Shown here one piece after another: positions 13,020 through 28,556 of a stretch of DNA of 64,000 nucleotides. Below the pieces are notes generated by a model. That model had not been told where the DNA came from. It made no database searches and saw only the letters and a list, made by a program, of their open reading frames with translations. The DNA lies in the NCBI GenBank assembly GCA_964016885.1, contig OZ024740.1, positions 383,160,001 through 383,224,000 of the forward strand. Reading direction: 5' to 3'. Position 1 is the stretch's first letter; each line of letters starts with the position of its first letter. The stretch is from Eledone cirrhosa. Taxonomy: Eukaryota. The position numbers and the translations under genes were made by a program.

Positions 13020-14078
13020 AGGAAAATGAACGCTGACGAGCTAATGCAAGATTTTGTTGACATTCTGAATTTAATGGTGGATGAAATGAATAATGATAGC
13101 CAAAAACAGATGAATCTAATATTTTAGACAGAAAAAAAATTAAAAGAAACGATAGCTAAGCTAAACGGTGTCGTCCCATATAGAGGCGACGAATCCTCAT
13201 CAATGTAACAACATCCTCAAAAAACCACAAATGATCTGAAAAATTACTTGAAATCCAAACAAGAGAGAACAGAAGAGAAAATACCTGGTTGCAAGAAGCG
13301 GTAGAATGGTTACATTAAGGAAATAAGAAAGTACAGTCTTTATTAAACTGACATTACAAAACATAGTTACTAAAGATGGATGTTATTTGAACAGTTTGAA
13401 GGGAAAGAAATAGGCAACGTTGCTATTCCTGAGGCCGAACAAACCAACATATTTTTGAGAGGGATATGGGAGCAGTCGTTGGGCATAATAGTCGGGCACA
13501 GTGGACTGAGACTCTTAAAAAGGAAGTTAATGAACAAGCACATCACCAATCTCATTTGAGGATCTCGATTGAAACACTTAAAACAAAATCAATATTTTAA
13601 CCAACTGGAAATTCCCGGATGGAGTGTAAGGACTAAACATATAACGTCTCTCCATCCGATACTGACAGGCATGTTCAATGAGTGATTGGAATCATGTGAA
13701 ATACAACAGTTCTTATCAAAAGGTACAACAGGTGTAATAATGATAGCCCGAGGTAGTGAAAATGACGTAAGCAACTATAGACCTACTACATACCTATCCT
13801 TTATGTGGAAATTACTAACGGGTATCACGTATGTGGGGAACTAACACTATTTCGACATAAAAAGCATATCACCAGAGGAACAGAGTGGGTGCTGAAAGAA
13901 ATCCCATGGTACAAAGAACCATTTACTTATTGACAAGATGATAACAAGGAACTGTAAGAGGAGGCATATTGCTCTTGTCATGGGAGGGATCGATTACAAG
14001 AAGGCATTTGACATGGTTCCTAATTCTTGGATAAGCAAGGGTCTGGAAATCTTTAAGGCGGCGGACTGTAGCTCAAAC
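13020..14078 (+). mobile_element. Decayed R4/Dong-like non-LTR retrotransposon RT fragment
   Basis: Translated pieces [72 protein letters not shown]; start boundary approximate. Confidence 0.75.
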
Positions 14079-14952
14079 ATTGAGAGAAGAGAGCCGCCGC
14101 CACCACTACCACCACCACAGGCAGCGTCGCCGACAAGAACAACACATACCAAAATTTATCTTCTGCAGATGTTTACCCTTGCAAATGTTTACCTCTGTGA
14201 ACGCACCCACCACAATGATGGCAAGAACATCAAACACGAATAACATCTCGACTTCCACAACTGATACAAAATAAAAATATTAAATCTAACACACACAACC
14301 GAGAGAACAGAAATAATAAGAAGTTAGACAACGATACAGTAACAAAAACATGAACAACAATAACAATAAAAAACGTCAATAATACTACAACAACATATAT
14401 AACAGAAGCAAACAAGAAACATAACAGTAACATAGACAACTAAGAGAAAACAAATGGCAGCAAGCACAACAACATGAACAGTCTGAACAACATTAACAAT
14501 AAGAATAACAACAGCAGTAAGACAAACGCAAACCCATGTGTGACCTCTCCCAGCACACAACTTAAGAATCCCGTCGAAACATCTGTTTTCTTCACAGGGG
14601 CAACGAGACTCAGGGAAACGATACAACTATACGAAAATGAATTAAGAGAAGCCAAATACATGTTAAAAAGAAGGGGTCACAGCTTCAGTCTCACACCTCC
14701 ATTAGACGTGCTGTAAAACGGGCTACGTTGTGCAGTAACATACTGTACAATTGGAGTGATGTCACGCCGGGTGAAACTATCTACCTCTCTACCACTCTTT
14801 ATAATAAACAATTATTCATAAATTACCCACTTATATATATATAATATATACTATATATAAACTTTGTCACATTCTGCATAGAAAATATACGTTATTATAT
14901 ATTTGTAGCAAAGAGATAGGGATCCTTATGTTAGGGGCTACAAGCTACGTAA

Positions 14953-15132
14953 TAATTGTTTCTACTTTTGGCACAAGGCCATCAAATATCCAGTACATTA
15001 CTGGTACTTTATTTTATCGACCCCGTAAGGATTAAAGGCAAAGTTAACCTCGGCAGGATTTGGCAAGGGCCGTAACTCTATGCGTCAAAGCATGGCGTCC
15101 GACCCTCTACCGACACTGCAAATCCACCGCCC
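14953..15132 (-). mobile_element. Nin/Deu-domain SINE (small internal deletion)
   Basis: Reverse complement of the family consensus. Confidence 0.85.
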
Positions 15133-15848
15133 TTAATAATAACCAGTTATCCCTGTTGAAGACAGCTATTACCAAAACCAATCAACATAATTTTATAGTG
15201 AAAATCCCTTACAGATATGTCATTTGGTCTGAAGTAATGTACCAATCTCAATCTGACTAAAATTTGATTCGGAACTGTTTTGGTCCCTTGTGTCGTCTGA
15301 GAGCTTCATGAAATATCTTAATATAATCAATTCCAATACTCACGTGGTATCGAGAACCTGTTATGCTCTCATAAAATATACTTTTAAATCTTTGAATATA
15401 AGTCACAAAGTTGTGGGGAACAACTAATTGCAACGATCTATTTTCTAGAGTTATAGATGTTCCAAAGTTGAAAGAAGGTAAATTCACAATTCAATGGCTA
15501 TTTAATTGCAAAGCAGTCTGCGAACACAGTTTTCAGTTTATATAAAGAGAAAGGTGATGACTTTGTCTTACTTTTCAATGTATTATTGTTTGTTATTATT
15601 CAAAGAAAACTGGCCTTCAGCAGAGTAAGTATGTTCCAAAAAACAATGACGAAATGCCAGACTGTGAAAACTTTACTCTTTTCACTGCAAACATCTTTGT
15701 CTATAACATCTTTAACACAATCAATAATAGTAATAATAATAATACTATCTATATATACACACGCTCACACACGCACGCACACACGCACGCACACACACGC
15801 ACACACGCACGCACACACACACACACACACGCGCGCACACACACACAG

Positions 15849-15901
<53 letters not shown>

Positions 15902-15904
<3 letters not shown>

Positions 15905-16530
15905 CAAATGAATTGTGGTAAGGAACCAGATGGACCATAACGCACCAGAGTACTCAATACTTAGGGTAGTTGAGTGGGAAATAGGAAAAAGTATGACCCC
16001 GACGGCAGAGCTCAAGCCGTTTCGACGGCTATTTCTAGACTAAATTAGAATGTTTAGCCTGGTGAATAAATAGCTGAACTTTTCAAGGGGGGACTTCCTT
16101 ATATGGGAAGATTGTAGTTGTCAATAGGATTGGTTAAAATTTGTTGTAAACACAAATAAGTCTATCATGGCATTTGGTGGGAGGTAGGGGTGGCTGAACT
16201 TGCCTGTAGAACAATAGGGGAGCGACAGGAGCGGACAAGCGTTGAAAGTGATATGTATACAGCAGATTCTGAGGATAGAGTGTGAAGTGGAGGACGGAGG
16301 TTATAGAATAGGTAAATCGAATGAGAGTAGGATACAATAAAAGATGATAGAAAGAAATAAAAAAATATATAAAATTAGATAGTGAGAAATGAATAAAAAA
16401 AAGTCACAATGCTATCTTACAATTACAGGTTAATAAGTTGAGAATAGAAAAAAACTTGTAGAAATTGAGTAGTACCAGAACTGATACCGAATTAAAGGGG
16501 TTTAACACGTCTGCTATAAGTAGTTAGTAA
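15902..16530 (-). mobile_element. HHR-bearing pLTR-like repeat abutting (TA)n; same family as 26283, 43581 and 63499
   Basis: Shared terminus ataac...gtggtaaggaaccag.tggaccataacgcacca; distal boundary approximate. Confidence 0.65.
15995..16092 (-). ncRNA. Type I hammerhead ribozyme with U3-A8 core
   Basis: Reverse complement reads cccc-TTGAAAA-g..gctattt...aaatagc.gtc-GAAA-cggc-ttgagctct-gccg-TC-gggg (GUC triplet, 5-bp stem III). Confidence 0.65.
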
Positions 16531-16626
16531 AACGTATGTATATGTATGTGTATGTACGTCGGCGCATACGTATGTACTGGCCTAAATCTTCACTATTTAC
16601 TTTTACTATTTTAAGGCAAAGTTAAG

Positions 16627-16730
16627 ATCCCGTCGAGGTTAACTTTGCCTTTCATCATTACGGGGTCGATGAAATAAAGTACCAGTAATTTACTGAGTAT
16701 GTGCTGGCCTTGTGCCAAAAGTAGAAACAA
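16627..16730 (+). mobile_element. 5'-truncated SINE with a short 5' inversion
   Basis: Family core; aaggcaaagttaa just upstream is the reverse complement of ttaactttgcctt. Confidence 0.8.
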
Positions 16731-17036
16731 CTATTTTAATAACCTCTGTCATTTTCGTTTATAATTTTATTTACATCATTCTTAAACTCCGGGTGGGGAA
16801 TCATTCGGTTATTTTAAATAGAATATTAATCTAACGACTCCATTTACACCATAAACTTGGATGTGTCTTTGTATGAAATTGTTCTTCTCGGTCCACATAA
16901 CTACGTATTATCCTCGCATTTTTTCCGTTGATTACCATGGAACGTCTTCACGAATCAAAATATCGTCGTCCTGTTTTCCTTCGGTTGAAACGTTTCTCGA
17001 AATATTTAATTCTGTGTCCACAGATAGAATTTATTA

Positions 17037-17087
17037 GTTTAAGAAGATCCCGTTAATGTTGAAAGCAGCGATTCTTTGCTTAAACTG
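17037..17087 (+). ncRNA. Degenerate hammerhead motif, same family as 50601-50651
   Basis: agttt-aagaaga-tcccgttaatgtt-GAAA-gca..tgc-TT-aaact. Confidence 0.45.
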
Positions 17088-17122
17088 TCTTTCTTTCTCA
17101 ACCCCTCTCCCTTTTTTCATAC

Positions 17123-17184
<62 letters not shown>

Positions 17185-17649
17185 TCCTACAGAATGGAGA
17201 ACAATAAGGAACGCGCAGATCCCTCTCTCACTCTCTCTCTCTCTCTGTCATATATATATATGTGTTTGTCTGTGTGTGTGTGTGACCCAGCGTTCGTCGC
17301 CATTCTCTCTCTCTCTTTTTCTCTCTATCTGATTATCTTGTACCTCTCTCTGTATAACGACCTATCTCACTCTCTCTCTCCATTTTCTTTTCTCTCTTTA
17401 GATGTATATGTGTGTGGGTGTGATATATATATAGAGAGAGAGATTTGCAACATGTATGTAATTTCATAGATTTTTGCGGGTATAAACAGAGCATATGAAT
17501 AAATTTACAGTAGAATAACATAACAAATATATTTTAAATATATACATAAGCTACAATATTAAAGAAAATGCAAAGGAAGGGGTGAACAACGGAACCAACA
17601 GCAGATCAAAAGTCAGCAACGTCGCGAGTACTGGACAACCTCTCTAATT

Positions 17650-18113
17650 GTGAGGCAAGCCAGCACGGGTGATGGCAAGGCTGATGCGCTGAAATATTGT
17701 TTTGAAATACTTTTTAATGAAAATGAAGCAAAATGGAAGCCTAATGTTGAAACTTCGAACTCATGATTTTTGCAGGTTAAAATTTTGCTGGCCCGAAAAC
17801 TGTTCGCGTATTTTTGTACGCGTAGTTTATTCGTAACGTAAATAGATAAACTAATGACGCCATAAAAGGGAAATAACTCATCTCTCATCTCTATTTATAC
17901 ATTTGAACTGAAAAATCAATACATTACAAATTCCATTTGTGCACTTGGGGTGGGTCAATTTGAAAAATTATTTGACCGATTTCTTCGCCGGACCTTCATC
18001 TATAAGTGTAGCAATTTCCCCGAAATTTGAACGTACGGTTTAAGAGGAGATGTGTGCCGACCGTTTTAGGAGACAGACAGACAGGCAGACAACCGCAGTT
18101 TTATATATATAGA
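17650..18113. mobile_element. Possible non-autonomous Helitron/HINE-like element
   Basis: (GACA)n subterminal microsatellite followed by ttttatatatatagat terminus; the other boundary is unclear. Confidence 0.35.
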
Positions 18114-18649
18114 TTATAAATTCTCTGCTATGTATATTTAAAACACTCCCATCTTTTGTTGGACTGTGTGGAGGTAAATAGGTGAATGCACCGAGCCTGT
18201 GTTTATACGTGTGCACGCGCAGCGGTGTGCGTTGACGGACAATCACGCGTACGTACTCTATGCTAAAATAATAATTGTAATTCTTTACACTTCTCGATTC
18301 TGACACTCAGGCTTTTTACTTCAGTTTATATTTTTCTAAAATTTTGATATTGGTTGTAACACACATACATTCCTTATTTGTTTGGCATCCCTCACCGCAT
18401 GAAATGGTGGCAGGATAGATGCCAGTCTACACAAATAAATTCTTCAGACCATAGCAGCAGCATACTAAGGTTGTCCTGCTAGCTGACCTCTTAACGCCAC
18501 TTCCACTACCAACACAGTAAATGAGGTCAGCTGTACATAAACTTTCTGATAAAAACAACTATAACAGGCTGACCTGTCTCAGGAATTCCTATTGACTTTC
18601 GACTGGGGAGTGGTCTGACAACTGACCAGCTGAAATTCGTTTGTTCTAC

Positions 18650-18880
18650 AACATATGAGTCCAGTTCCTCGGAGGACTAAACAACACACCCAGGAGCTGG
18701 ACATATCGATGTATTGACAGAGTGGAACAAACATCAACAACATGTGTACCTGTCTTTTCCACACCAATTTGGACTGCATAAGGAGGTCACAGCCAATAAT
18801 AGCTGTCACCGAAATATATATAGCAGAGAATTTATAATTTATAATAAAGGAAGCCAAATTTTACATGTTTGACTTACTTA
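18650..18880 (+). mobile_element. Diverged copy of the 46815-47191 pLTR family with a decayed HHR (18773-18826)
   Basis: actgc-ataagga-ggtcacagccaataatagctgtcacc-GAAA-tatatata-gcag aligns with 47086-47140; upstream sequence is also homologous. Confidence 0.7.
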
Positions 18881-19238
18881 TTTTTTATATATATATATAT
18901 ATATGTGTGTGTTTGTGTGCGTGTGTATGTGTGTGTATATATATATATGAGAGTGTGTGTGTGTGATTGCAGATCTCACCATGAGCACCCATTGTTTGCT
19001 TGGAATAATGAAACTTAAAATTTGGAGTGCCTCTCAATGTGTTTGTGTTTGTCTATAGGTACTTAGCGTGAATTTACTTCTGCCTTCGTATCACTTGTAT
19101 TTTCTCCATATAGTTTTAAAGAATCACCTTTCTTTAAATCCATCAATCAATAAGCTACACCAATCCCAACCGCCACCCTCCCCTGCCACCAGAAAATCTA
19201 TAAATACTACCAGATTACATTGAGAGTCGGCTCTCCCG

Positions 19239-19278
19239 TTGATTTCTCCCGAATGAAACAGTTCTCGTCCTGTAGAAT

Positions 19279-19319
<41 letters not shown>

Positions 19320-19366
19320 TGAGATTCTACAGGACTAGAACTGTTTCATTCTTTAGAAATCATCAA
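19239..19366. repeat. Small inverted pair of partial HHR motifs facing each other across a TA tract
   Basis: gaatgaaacagttctcgtcctgtagaatc vs gattctacaggactagaactgtttcattc; the minus copy reads TTGATGA-tttct-aa-agaat-GAAA-cagttctag-TC. Confidence 0.55.
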
Positions 19367-19387
19367 ATATATATATATATATTATAT

Positions 19388-19418
<31 letters not shown>

Positions 19419-19610
19419 GAGGGTGTTAAAGTTTGCTTGAAGCATTGTGAAATGTGTAAAATTCGTATTTAAGAAAGCCACAACAATGCAAAGGGAAATC
19501 TCGAGGTAGGAAGTGAAATATAGATAGGAAAAACAGGTGAAAGTGAAAATTGAGAGAGACAAAGATGAAAACAAAACAAAGGTAGAAGGGTTACCGTAGT
19601 AGAGATTTAA

Positions 19611-20995
<1,385 letters not shown>

Positions 20996-21319
20996 CATTA
21001 CACAAGTATCAAAGCTATGTTTAAAAAAATTTAATCGCTGAAAATTGTTTCTTCCAAACTTAAGCTTGGGGTTCTCGGAGCATTATCAATGTTTGTACAT
21101 ATAATTAACCTCCTATTTAACTGAAGAATCATACAGATACATATATATTGATGTTGTGGATAACAGTTTCATGTTTACAGGGTGGAATAGATGCGACATA
21201 TATTATATGAGAATTGTACAATTATTCAAATCAAGATTGAGATTAAAATTAAAAACTAAAAATTAAAATTAAAATTAAAAGCACAGAGTGGAATACATGC
21301 GACAGATAATACAAGAGAA

Positions 21320-23085
21320 TAGTCTAATAATCTAATAATTAAAGATTAAGCATAAAATATATCTTAACCAGTGGGGAAATTATTGAATGGTTTAAGGATA
21401 TTAAAGAGAACAAAAATAAAAAAAATGTATACACTTTTATCAATTCATACTACACCTCTATTTCCCCTATCCTATTAAATAAGGCACTTATTATGGCCAT
21501 GAACAATACTGACCTGACTAGATCCCAGATTGATATCATACTTGCGGCCCGAAAAAACATAATTACATTTGAAGATCAATTATGGACCCGCAAGGATACG
21601 CATACAAATTTGACATAACTAGGATCTAGTGATTCAGCGCAGGTCACTGAATTAGTGGTCCTATATCTACTAAATTAAATTCATAAGGACCTACCGTAGC
21701 TCAATGGTGGTTTATAACGCGATGATGCACTACTCCTTATAGACTATAACAAATTTAATATAGAAAGAACTAGGAAACTATTACATAACATTTTCAAAAA
21801 CATCAACTTAAGTATCACCTTAGACAAAAACACTAAAAATGTTAACTTCCTTGATGCTACCCTTTACCTAGACTCTAAAATATATACACCCTTTCATAAA
21901 CCTATCGAAACACTAATTTATGTAGATACCAACTCTAACCACCCTAAATCCATATTAAACTCAATCACTAAAGGAATATCTAATAGAATCTCTAATCTTC
22001 TTATAACGAAACCATATTTAACAATAATTCACAATACTATAATCAGGCCATAATAATGGGATTGAATTCCTACCTATTAAATCACATAGTTACAACATTA
22101 TTTCTCACAATGTGGCCATGAGGAAAAATAATAATAAGAAGGATAGCCACCATTACTCTAAAACGAAGGGTAGTATCAAACTTAACTCGCACCAAAGTAG
22201 AAACCAAAATAATATTATAAACAGAAATACCTCAATAGATATTATAAAAAACAAAAATAGAAGAAGAACTAATACATTTTTTCCATCTCCCTTTCAATCT
22301 AAACGTCTCTACCAATTTACCTAAGGCTTTCTTCTCAATCATAGAAAAAAACTTCCCATCTGGCCTCAAATACCATAATCTTATAAATAAAAACACCATT
22401 AAAATCTCTTACTCTACCACACCTAACATAGCATACCATATAGCTAGTAGTAATAAAAGAAAGATTAATACTTATTTTCAACAAATTAAAACACAGCAGG
22501 AGGTAAATAATAACAACATAATAACTACTAACCCTAATAGCAATAGTAATACTAGTAATAACACTAATGAAATCAATAACATTAGGAATGACAACCATCA
22601 TAGCCATAATACTAACCATAGCAACCATACTTCTCCACAACATAATAACCGGCAAGATAACAGCCAAAATAAATGTAACTGTAGATCAAATAGAATTTGC
22701 CCTTTAGGTAATAACTGCTTAATCAAATACATCATTTACTCCTGCACGGTCAACACTAACGACTCTTCTAAAACATATATAGGCTCTACTTCGCACTGCT
22801 TTAAGACGAGATACAACTCGCACCTCCACTTTTTCAAAAAACACAATCTAGCCAACTCCACTTCACTATCTAGCTACATATACTATTTGAAAACTAGGAA
22901 TAGAATATATACACTTCAATGGGAAGTGGTAGGTTGGGCTGCATCGTATAAACCACCCAATAAATTTTGTAACCTCTGTCTCCTAGAGACCCATACTATC
23001 ACCTTTTCGAATCTTAACCTCCTAAATAAAAAAATCGGAAGTGTTTTCATCGTGCCAGCATGGCCTCCGACACTCATTCCATAGC
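21320..23085 (+). pseudogene. Heavily disrupted PLE RT + GIY-YIG
   Basis: EIIEWFKDI, SSDSAQVTELV, GL*RDDAL, VNFLDATL, SNHP, KCNCRSNRICPLGNNCL, YIGST..FKTRYNSH, FCNLCLLE. Confidence 0.85.
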
Positions 23086-24287
23086 TTTAAACCTAGTATA
23101 TAACAATGTCAGATTTGAACTCATCACCACCATTAGCACTTCACCTCTAAGACTTGCCGTCCACCGCTGCATCACACTCTTTGATCCACCCTTTCCTCTA
23201 CACCAATCATTTTTATCTCTAACATTATACTCTAGAAATATTCTTATAGTCACCACTTTTTAATATAATTACTTTAGATTACGTATAATTATATAGTGAT
23301 TGAAATATAATATAATATATATATAAACTTTAAATGTTAAATGTAACAATGAATTATATAAACATTTATAGTTAAATGTATAAATTAATAACATTGTATA
23401 TAAAGGATTAATTTATTAACATATGGGATTTATCTAACTTAAATGTAATATGGAACAATGAATTATATATACATTTATAATTTATAATTAAATGTATAAA
23501 TTAATAACATTGTATATGAAGGATTAATTTATTTACTTAGGGATGTATCTAGTTTATCATGCAAACAGCTATATGTTATTCCGTATCTTGCAAAATATCG
23601 GGTAGACAACAATCTAATGAAACCTTTAATATATTATGAGAGAATAGACTGTATTTAAAATTGAATATAAATATATAACTTTGTATATAAGGGATTCAAT
23701 TGTGGCACTATATAATGCCTATTAGAGCAAGGAATTTAATTATTATAATGAGCTAGTTACATCCCCTTACGCATTAGCTCCCCTTAATTCCATATCCACT
23801 TCCGGATATTAAACCGTTGAAAATTCTCGCAGTAGAACAACTCTAATCCATGAATATAAATACAATAATACCAAGTTACAATCCATTACTATAACAAACA
23901 TTCAATACAAATATAACTTAACATATGTAATGGATGTGAAATCTATAACTTTCATATTCGGCAAACATACAAATATGAACTATACAGAAAAATCATCGCA
24001 TTGCATCCCCCATAATACACTAACATATTAAAGTGCTTGTATTTTATGTAATACCTTGCCGTACAGTACTCATATATGCATAATGCATTTCTCTTGTATT
24101 ATCTGTCGTATGTATTCCACCCTGTGCTTTTAATTTTAATTTTAATTTTAATCTTGATTTGAATTATTGTACAAATCTCGTATAATATATGCCGCATCCA
24201 TTCCACCCTGTAAACATGAAACTGTTGTCCACAACATCAATATATATGTATGATTCTTCAGTTGAATAGGAGGTTAATTATATGTAC

Positions 24288-24350
24288 AAACATTGATAAT
24301 GCTCCGAGGACTAAGTTTGGAAGAAACAATTTTCAGCGATTGAATGTTTT
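24288..24350 (+). ncRNA. Degenerate HHR with U3-A8 core in the 3' region of PLE 2 (mirror ~21022-21095, minus strand)
   Basis: aaaca-TTGATAA-tgctcc...ggaa-GAAA-caat..attg-aa-tgttt; cleavage-site U missing. Confidence 0.4.
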
Positions 24351-24481
24351 AAACATAACTTTGATACTTGTGTAATCTATATTACTGCTCTGTAAAACAA
24401 CTGATGTTCTTACACTGAGCTATTTCTCTTACTGGTAATAAGGTAGTAGGCACCCACACACACACGCGCGCGCTCGCACGC

Positions 24482-24524
<43 letters not shown>

Positions 24525-24533
24525 TATATATAT

Positions 24534-24610
<77 letters not shown>

Positions 24611-25998
24611 TGCGAGCGCGCGCGCGCGTGTGTGTGCCTACGTGTGTGTGTACCTATGAATGTATAAATTTAAATTTAAAGATGAGTAATTTCTATGCGT
24701 ATAGAACCGCTCTCACGAAGCATTTTTAACGTATTACACCTAAACATCATCTCTATTTTTCGGCTGGTGTGCATTGTGGCATGAGGAAACAGATTACTCT
24801 TCAAGTCCAGACCATATGTGCAACGTCACTACTAATTTTCTTCAGCGCTAACCGCACATATATAAATATATGCGGTTCCGATATAGAGACGAGAAAAATA
24901 AAAATGCTGACGAATGGTCTGATTGTTGAAGACAAACGAAGTTTTCCACACCCATATTCTCTACAGAAATGGAAACACACTCACATTCACACACACACAC
25001 GCACACGCACACACGTACACACATACACATACACGCACCCACCCACCGACACACACACACACACACTCACACATACACACACATATATATATATATATAC
25101 ATACACTCAGACAAGAGACTGATAGTAAAGTAAATTTGCATTACATGTACACATAAATATACATACCCGGAAACATGTGTTTACATACACTCATAATCGC
25201 AAGCAAGAACATTCAGGTCGAGAGATATCCACACTATTATCCTTTTCTTCTCCACTTTTGCCCGACCCCACCTTGAATATTGTTGTCCATTGGTCTCCCC
25301 ATACGAAACAATCTATCATGAAATTTGAACATCCTTAAATGCCAATCACAAAAAAGATAGAGGACTTGTCAGGCCTTCACTATTGGGGTCGACTAGAAAA
25401 ACCCAAACTTTATTCCCTCCAACGTTATGTGGAAAATATTCCATGAGCATTGCCAAAATGATGTTGGCATCACCTTTAAACTACAGCCAAGGCTTGGGCC
25501 TCGTGCTATCCGCTAACAACAAAAATCAAACTCGCACCTCGAAACAACAATACGGCACAATTATTTCACCTCAATTGTCCCCGCTCTACTTAACATTACA
25601 CAAACACACAATAAACATAAACAGACCCCATAAAGTTCAAGAAGTCATTGGATACTTTCCTTCAAGAAATCTCGGATAAACCTCCTACATCCATATATGT
25701 CTCCGCAAAAAATAACACTCTACTTGAGTGGGCCATCTGCCAGGTGGTACTATAAAGTTATGCATGGTCTGGGCCAATACTGGCCGAAACCTATCTAGGT
25801 TATCAAATATATATATATATTTTTGTAGTTTTCTTTCCTCATAATTATTTACCAAAATAATTTTTATATATATATTTTTTTTATATTAATTACTTTTCTA
25901 AATAAGTATGAGGAAAGAAAACTACAAAAATACATTTGTAACAACGATTTAAGGATCCTTACGTTTATGATTACTATAATACCAAAATAATTGTGTGT

Positions 25999-26052
<54 letters not shown>

Positions 26053-26244
26053 AGGTACATATGTATGTCTTCTACATTATCCGTAACAGTGAATGAATAT
26101 AACAATATTAATAGTTTACAACATTTTCATGTGAAATGAAGAAATATTCAAAACAATCGGTAAAATTAATTAATTTTCCAAAATTGGTTTTAGCCATGTC
26201 TCACATTTGTCACCTTACGTTTTCACATCAAATACACACACACA

Positions 26245-26282
<38 letters not shown>

Positions 26283-26284
<2 letters not shown>

Positions 26285-26467
26285 ACGAAGGAAATGTGGT
26301 AAGGAACCAGGTGGACCATAACGCACCAAAGTACTCAATACTTGAGGTAGTAGAGTGGGTAATAGGAACCAGTAAGACCCCGACAGCTGAGCTCAAGCCG
26401 TTTCGACGGCTAATTCTGAATTAGCCGTCGAAACGGCTTGAGCTCAGCTGTCGGGGTCTTACTGGTT

Positions 26468-26470
<3 letters not shown>
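26283..26470. mobile_element. Short fold-back pLTR derivative in (TA)n
   Basis: Near-perfect palindrome 26362-26473 centred on gacggctaattc-t-gaattagccgtc. Confidence 0.85.
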
Positions 26471-26520
<50 letters not shown>

Positions 26521-26631
26521 CGTGTCTGTGTGTGTATGCCGCTAGACAAAACATCGTTTTGTGACCGATTGGTGACCGTTTTTCTGGGGAGACATATGTC
26601 CGGCGAACAGATTCTCGTTTTATTTTAATAG

Positions 26632-26693
<62 letters not shown>

Positions 26694-27345
26694 ACATATG
26701 TCTGCGTTAGTGCGTGTGTATATACACGTATGTTTGCATATATGTACATTTATGTGTACATGTAAAGCAAATCTGTCTCTCTGCAGTTTGACTGCATGTG
26801 CATTATTAAAATATAGGAATATCCAATAAAAGAATTATTGTTACAAGTATATTTACACTGCATCTCATTCCAGAGTGTCCTCGAGCTATGGAAATAGGTC
26901 AGTAGGTTAAGGGAGCAATAGAAGTGTGAATCAACATCTGTATTGTCCCGAAGAGAGGTGTAACAAAGACTGTCATTGAGCGTGTATTGTATTCGTGTCT
27001 TTTCTATGTAGATTCCGTGCAATTTTAGATATGTTGTAGCAAGAGAAGAACACACAAAGCAAAGAACAAAACTCTCCATTTGGTTTAATATAATAATGAT
27101 TGAAAGTTAGTACGTGTTCAGTTCACCCTCTTGGATTTTCTGTAATATGATGATAGAACATTATAATTACATTCATACATACATAGATCCACATACTCAT
27201 ATTACATACATACATAAAATTCACACCTACATTCAAGCACGCAGACATATAAACGAACTACGATACACAAACATATGCACACGCACACACTCGTGCACAC
27301 ACACACACACACACATACTTTTTTTTTCACATAGTATATATGCAA

Positions 27346-27485
<140 letters not shown>

Positions 27486-28367
27486 AACTGAAATGTGTAT
27501 ATATCCGTAAAAAATAATTACAATTGCTTGGCTACATACACATTTGTGGGCACAGGCGTTTCTACTTGAGTATCCGTATTATATAGATTATTTAAATGTA
27601 TAGTTAACTATGCGTGAGCAAATATGAATTGAAAGCATGAGCAATATGTGTGTTTATCGATCTTTTTATTCTGCTATGTGTAATGAAATTTATGATATTG
27701 GAAGGATATCAGGAACGAAGCGAAGAAGAAACAAAAAAGCGCTCGTATTTGAAAAAGGGTTTCATAGTAAATTGAGGAAATGAGTTGGTTAAGCATTAAG
27801 TGATAACGAAAAAGAAAATGAGGCGGTGAAAGGAATTGTTAAAAACAATGAATCATTCTCAAAACGAAAAGGCAATTTAAGGGAACCTTCATGTGGCCAA
27901 TATGAAGAAAGGTAAACACGTCTAAGCAATGTTTATTCCACTCGGAATATTTTTTAAACGGGACTGGAGGGAAAGATAGTCAAAACATTAAATTTTATAT
28001 ACATTAATGCAGATATATATTGGTTCTCTTTGCACAATTTCGCTTACAGTGAATATTAAGATCCCACGTTTAATATATTACGTTGCGTCTGTATTAGAAT
28101 ATGTTGATATACATATGAATACACACATATACACCGTAAACATGGCTGGCTATTTAATATACACAGATTTAAATTGACATTAAAAATGGAAGTAGACCCA
28201 TGAAAAATGTCCAATAATTCAGAATGTGTATTTAATTAGAAGGGACTCTACAACAACTACAACGGTACGCGATGGGGCCCACCCACAGCCCCGGCGGACA
28301 GAATGTATTTATGTATTTATGTATATGAATGCGTAAATGTATGTGTACTTTATACATACTGTACACG

Positions 28368-28399
<32 letters not shown>

Positions 28400-28472
28400 T
28401 ATGTGCGTATGTGTATTTACGTGCATATGTGCTGACATCTATTTATCCATGTATATCTATGTCTCTCTCCTA

Positions 28473-28556
<84 letters not shown>

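Larger units (their letters stand above)
20996..24445 (+). mobile_element. Second, older 5'-truncated PLE with inverted 3' end upstream
   Basis: Decayed RT/GIY-YIG ~21320-23085; inverted repeat 20998-21318 vs ~24089-24376; TA flanks; right boundary approximate. Confidence 0.85.

Noticed and set aside
14750-14792. gagtgatgtcacgccgggtgaaactatctacctc as an HHR
   Set aside because: Core and stems need several corrections; not supportable alone
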